A stretch of DNA of 63,285 nt, counting the filler, from Atractiella rhizophila (lineage: Eukaryota), in NCBI GenBank assembly GCA_021432655.1. It is 7 parts of 7 records of this genome, joined end to end, with 100 filler letters (N's around TTAATTAATTAA, not from the genome) between each part and the next. Parts side by side here need not be neighbours in the genome. Positions count along the whole stretch, not along the records: positions 50,476 to 61,321 come from MU272059.1; positions 61,422 to 63,285 come from MU272066.1; 5 more parts are not named here. One strand, given 5' to 3'. Positions 59,328 to 63,285 of the stretch are shown here, one piece after another (within the stretch, counting starts at the first letter, position 1; every line of letters starts with the position of its first letter). Under the pieces are notes generated by a model that was not told where the DNA came from, ran no database searches, and saw nothing but the letters and a program-made list of their open reading frames with translations. The position numbers were made by a program, and so were the translations under genes.

Positions 59328-61321
59328 ATGGAGAAGAAGAGAAGGAAAAGATGTGGCCGACCTACCCATGTTAAGGAAGCCAGGTATGCAGCTCTGCGTG
59401 AGGCTCGCAAGAAAACCACAGCCACCAGATTTGCTGCCAACACAGAGTAAGTCGCCTCCCCCCTTGCATTGGATGCATCATGGTGCACTCCAGATGGTCA
59501 GAAGATGAGGGTATCAATGAAGGAGAGACCCACAACCCCCATGTCAGAACTTCTGTGTACGTTCCTTCATCAGCACATTTCCTTTGGTCTTCTCACTGTC
59601 TTTACGCTGCATGGATAGAGATTTGCCTTCATATGATGTCCAACAAACTTCTTTGCCAACTTTATCTACCAAAACCAAGCGTAATGAGGAAGATGAAGGC
59701 ACAATCATGAACACTGAGAAATGGTCTCCAGATCCCTACTACAACGATGTTAGTGGCTCAGGCCAGTCGGATAGTGAGGAGGAGGAAGAGGAAGAGACCG
59801 ATGATGGGGAGATTGAGATAGACAACGAGGAGGGAGGAGGCGCCAGACAGTAGAGAACGACGAGCCCTGCTGCTGCAAGCTAAGGATGACCTCCCGGGAT
59901 CAGTCTACGACGACCTTATGAGCTGGGCGCTAGATGTGAATGCTTGGGCTGAGGAGAGAAAGCGGCAGGGCAAGTCAAGGACCCAAGGATATGGTGATGG
60001 AGCAACGTCAAAAGCACGGACTTCAGTGTGGCGTAGAAACAAGTACAATGACGCAAGACAACGGTAAGTCTTTAAAACATCTGTCTTCTGTGTTAACTCC
60101 CGCTTTTAGTGGCTGTGAGCGAATTGATAACATGTTCAAACCTCTTCGAGAGCCCCTTTGTCACAGCTATCCTCACTTTACACAACACATGACGATGTAA
60201 TCAACGTGCTGACTGATGACGAGGATGAAGAAGAAGAAGACCTCTCTCCTTACATCTCACTGGCCGCCTCTCCTGTCAACTCCCTCACAACTCCACTACA
60301 CTCTTTCCACCATACCCTCCATGCGAACTCTTCCTCACAACCCTTTCCATTTTCTCAGACTCCAACATCACACTCACTGGCAATTTCACGTCCTGTCACA
60401 CCTCCAAAGAGATCAGACGAAGAAGTGTCCCCTGTTGTATCACCCGCACTAAAGCGGATACGCCTCACGAAGGAAGAGAGTGCTCAGCAAAAGAGGGAGA
60501 AGCTCAATGATTATGTGGCGAAGGCCGCTCAGATTGAGCAACTTCTGCAGCAGAATACATTCGTGACACACCTTCAAGGACGGAGGGTACGGGCACTGGA
60601 AACATATTATAATCTGTTAAAGCTGGGTACAAGGGGGAAGCTGGAGGCATCGCAGCTTGCAGCAGCGTCACATCGATTTGGACTCACTTACGGTGCACGA
60701 TGTATTCGTTTATGGGCTTCTCATTTTGAGGAGACAGGTGAGCTGCCAGTGTCAAACAGAGATCAGTTTGTCTTCTTGACAGTTGATAAAGACTGACGTG
60801 ATGTATGCAGGGAGACATATAAAAACGTATACCCTACTGAATGACCCAGAAATCTGTGCCATTCTTCGTACCTGGCTCCGAACCAAAAAGTGGTCGATGG
60901 ACCCAACAAAACTTGCTGGATTCCACGTCAACACGATGGTCCCACTTGCACTTGAGAAGTATGCAAAGCAAACAATACGTGAAGAGATACTGAAAGGATT
61001 GAAAGAGTACCTTGAAGTGGAGCTCTTTCAATATTCAATTCAAGCCAGGGCCAAAAGGGATATCATTGAGGACGGCCAGGAGATGGCTGAAGAAAGAGGG
61101 ATTTCAGTGGACATATTACAAGAAGGGTCTCTACTTTGAGTAAGCTCTTACTCTGTGTACAGCTTAGCTGATGTCTTCCAGTGGTCATGAAAGACCAGAT
61201 GTTGTCAAGTATCGGCAGGACGTCTTTATCCCTACCTTTGAAAGATACCTTCCACAACTACGCCAGTATGAAGTTGGTAATGTAATGAAGGAGGTCATCA
61301 AGGACCTTCCTCCAGATACAC
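59328..61321 (+). mobile_element. Degenerate intron-containing DDE transposase (IS630/Tc1/mariner-like), 5' part
   Basis: ARCIRLWA..GELPVS.RGRH, GISLRTARRWLKKEGF, KKGLYFDGHERPDVVKYRQ; frameshift near 61030; cut by the gap before the catalytic triad. Confidence 0.8.
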
Positions 61322-61421
61322 NNNNNNNNNNNNNNNNNNNNNNNNNNNNNNNNNNNNNNNNNNNNTTAATTAATTAANNNNNNNNNNNNNNNNNNNNNNN
61401 NNNNNNNNNNNNNNNNNNNNN
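61322..61421. other. Artificial contig linker
   Basis: N-TTAATTAATTAA-N. Confidence 0.98.
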
Positions 61422-62482
61422 TCCAGTCCTGCTGGTGAGGAAATAACACTTCTGCATCTAATGGATGAATGGCGCCCAACGCTGCTCTTGAACGAAGATC
61501 GATGGTCGAAGATCGAAGACCGGTACCCTCACACTCTTGGGCTTCCAACAGCTCATCGACTACAAGTATCTCCACGCACAATTTCGGTCGCGCTCGGTCG
61601 TGTGGAGCTGGGGACGAGGAATGCATTATAAAATTGCAAGCAACTGAATATAGAATGTTTTTGCATGCAGTGCGTGCTCTACTAATTTGTGTCACTTACG
61701 GGTTAGGCGACGTCCTAACGATCGTATCCATACGCCCAATTGTTCCATGACAGAATAGGCGATCAATATTCCCAACTGCTACAACTGGTGTTTTTGGCGA
61801 ATTTTTGGAAAAATTTGAGCAGAGCAGCATGTAGAACGTTTTATGTCTTGTAACCTTTGAATCTGAACATGCCGTCCACGACTCTGATGGCTCTATCGGT
61901 CCGTCGACAGAAGGAGACATGCAAACAATGGCTCACGAAAAACGAAAATATAAATGACCCGATCGGAACCTAAAACAGATTGAAAGTCCCGCACTCTCTC
62001 ACATTTGTAACACACAATTGCTGGAAGGGTGTAATTAAGCATCAGGCGTGTGTCAGGGTAAGAGGTCCATAGCTCAGCGTCAACCTCGCACGATACACCA
62101 TCGAGCTTGAGAGAACTTGACGCTTGTATTCCAGAATTTACCTGTCTGAAGCACACACCTCACGAATTGCCATTCTCATCCACTCCCGTTCCTCTTGCAC
62201 TCCTCAGAAATCCTGCTCATCCTCTGAGCCCTCAGTCCATCTGATCCACGCCAAGCTGAGATCACAAGAAAGAAAGTCATCCGCAGTAAATAGGGTTAGG
62301 GGTCTAATTCGCGTGAGACGATCATCAAAACAACTTGTTCCCTCCTTCCCTTCCCTTCCCTTTCCCATACCATCGCCATCACGCTTCCCTCACATCGATA
62401 TATCACGTCGCATTGCACCAGCACAGCATCTTCATTCACGTCCTCATTAGCATCACACAAACAACAGCAAGCACAACAAGGA

Positions 62483-63285
62483 ATGCCATCCCTCCTCTCA
62501 CCCCCTCCGCCGTCCCCCAACAAGCTCCAGAAGAAACGATCAGCCGAGTCCACGCGTAACTGGTTCGGAAAATCGAGCAGCACCTCTTCCACCGCCGGCT
62601 CGGCTTCTTCCACACCGTCCACCTCGTCGGCGCACTCACATCAGTCCCATCGCTCTCACCAACGAAATGCGTCCGTAGTCACAGCCGGCAGTGGGAGTGG
62701 GAGTGGGAGTGGGATTCCGCGGCCGAAGAGCGCGTATTCGGCCAGTGGGAGCTACGAAGGGAGCGTGGGCAGTTATGGCAGTTATGGTGGGAGTTATGTA
62801 AGCGAAAGAGGTGTTAAAGCTGGGAAGGGTGCGAAGAAGGAGAAGGCACAAGAGGAGGCGAATAACTCGTTGGATTCTATCGAAACGGCAGGGATAGGCA
62901 CTATCCGCAGACATCCCAATCCGCAACCTCATGCTTATTCACATCCGCATCCACATCCACCTCACCCACAGAGACAGCTGACCGCATCAACCTCGAGCAC
63001 GACTGTGACCCAAGGCACTGTCAGCACCTCGAGGAGTGGGAGCTTGAAGTATGGAGAGAGGTATAAGAGGGTCAGACCGCTCTTTTGCGACGTCGTTGTG
63101 GAGGGAATGAGGGTTGGAGACGGCGGGTGGGAAATTCCAGATGGTTCGTCTTTCTTTCCTGTACTAGGGTGAGGGTAGAGTCGTACAAACACTATGAGAC
63201 TCCTCGCTCTCCCCTTTGAAATTCCCAACCAATGTACTGATCACCATGTTCAACCTTGGAACAGCCACATCGCTTCTTCTCCCTT
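62483..63285 (+). CDS. Hypothetical protein, 5' part (continues beyond window)
   Basis: 229-codon S/G/H-rich first exon ending at a GTGAGG donor near 63168. Confidence 0.6.

Noticed and set aside
61422..62200. Short minus-strand ORFs after the last linker
   Set aside because: Possible gene fragment, but no supported exon chain or product.

Overview
Eukaryotic, intron-rich fungal DNA. Short (~50 nt) GT-AG introns, a FunK1 kinase and a Kar5 homolog point to a basidiomycete. The window is not one locus: six identical 100-bp N/TTAATTAATTAA linkers join seven pieces, most about 10.9 kb, so adjacency across linkers cannot be trusted. Recognisable genes are a TKL/LISK-type kinase with a C1 domain, a copper amine oxidase, three MFS transporters, a secreted intradiol dioxygenase-like protein, UreF, methionyl-tRNA formyltransferase, a Zn2Cys6 factor, an Ifh1/Crf1-like protein, Vid27, Kar5, tRNA-Val(AAC) x2 and tRNA-Glu(TTC). 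Most notable structures: (1) a 3.73-kb tandem duplication carrying tRNA-Val plus a FunK1 kinase, with one copy frameshifted; (2) a head-to-head inverted duplication of a gene fusing an unrecognised Cys/Trp-rich domain to an F-box-like region through a 31-nt exon, whose acceptor is lost in one copy; (3) a 5-nt micro-exon encoding the Asn of the TPQ cofactor motif; (4) four solo LTRs (one nested) of two types sharing only their 3' part, beside a decayed intron-containing DDE transposase. All family calls come from motif recognition by eye, not database searches, and exon boundaries are predictions.
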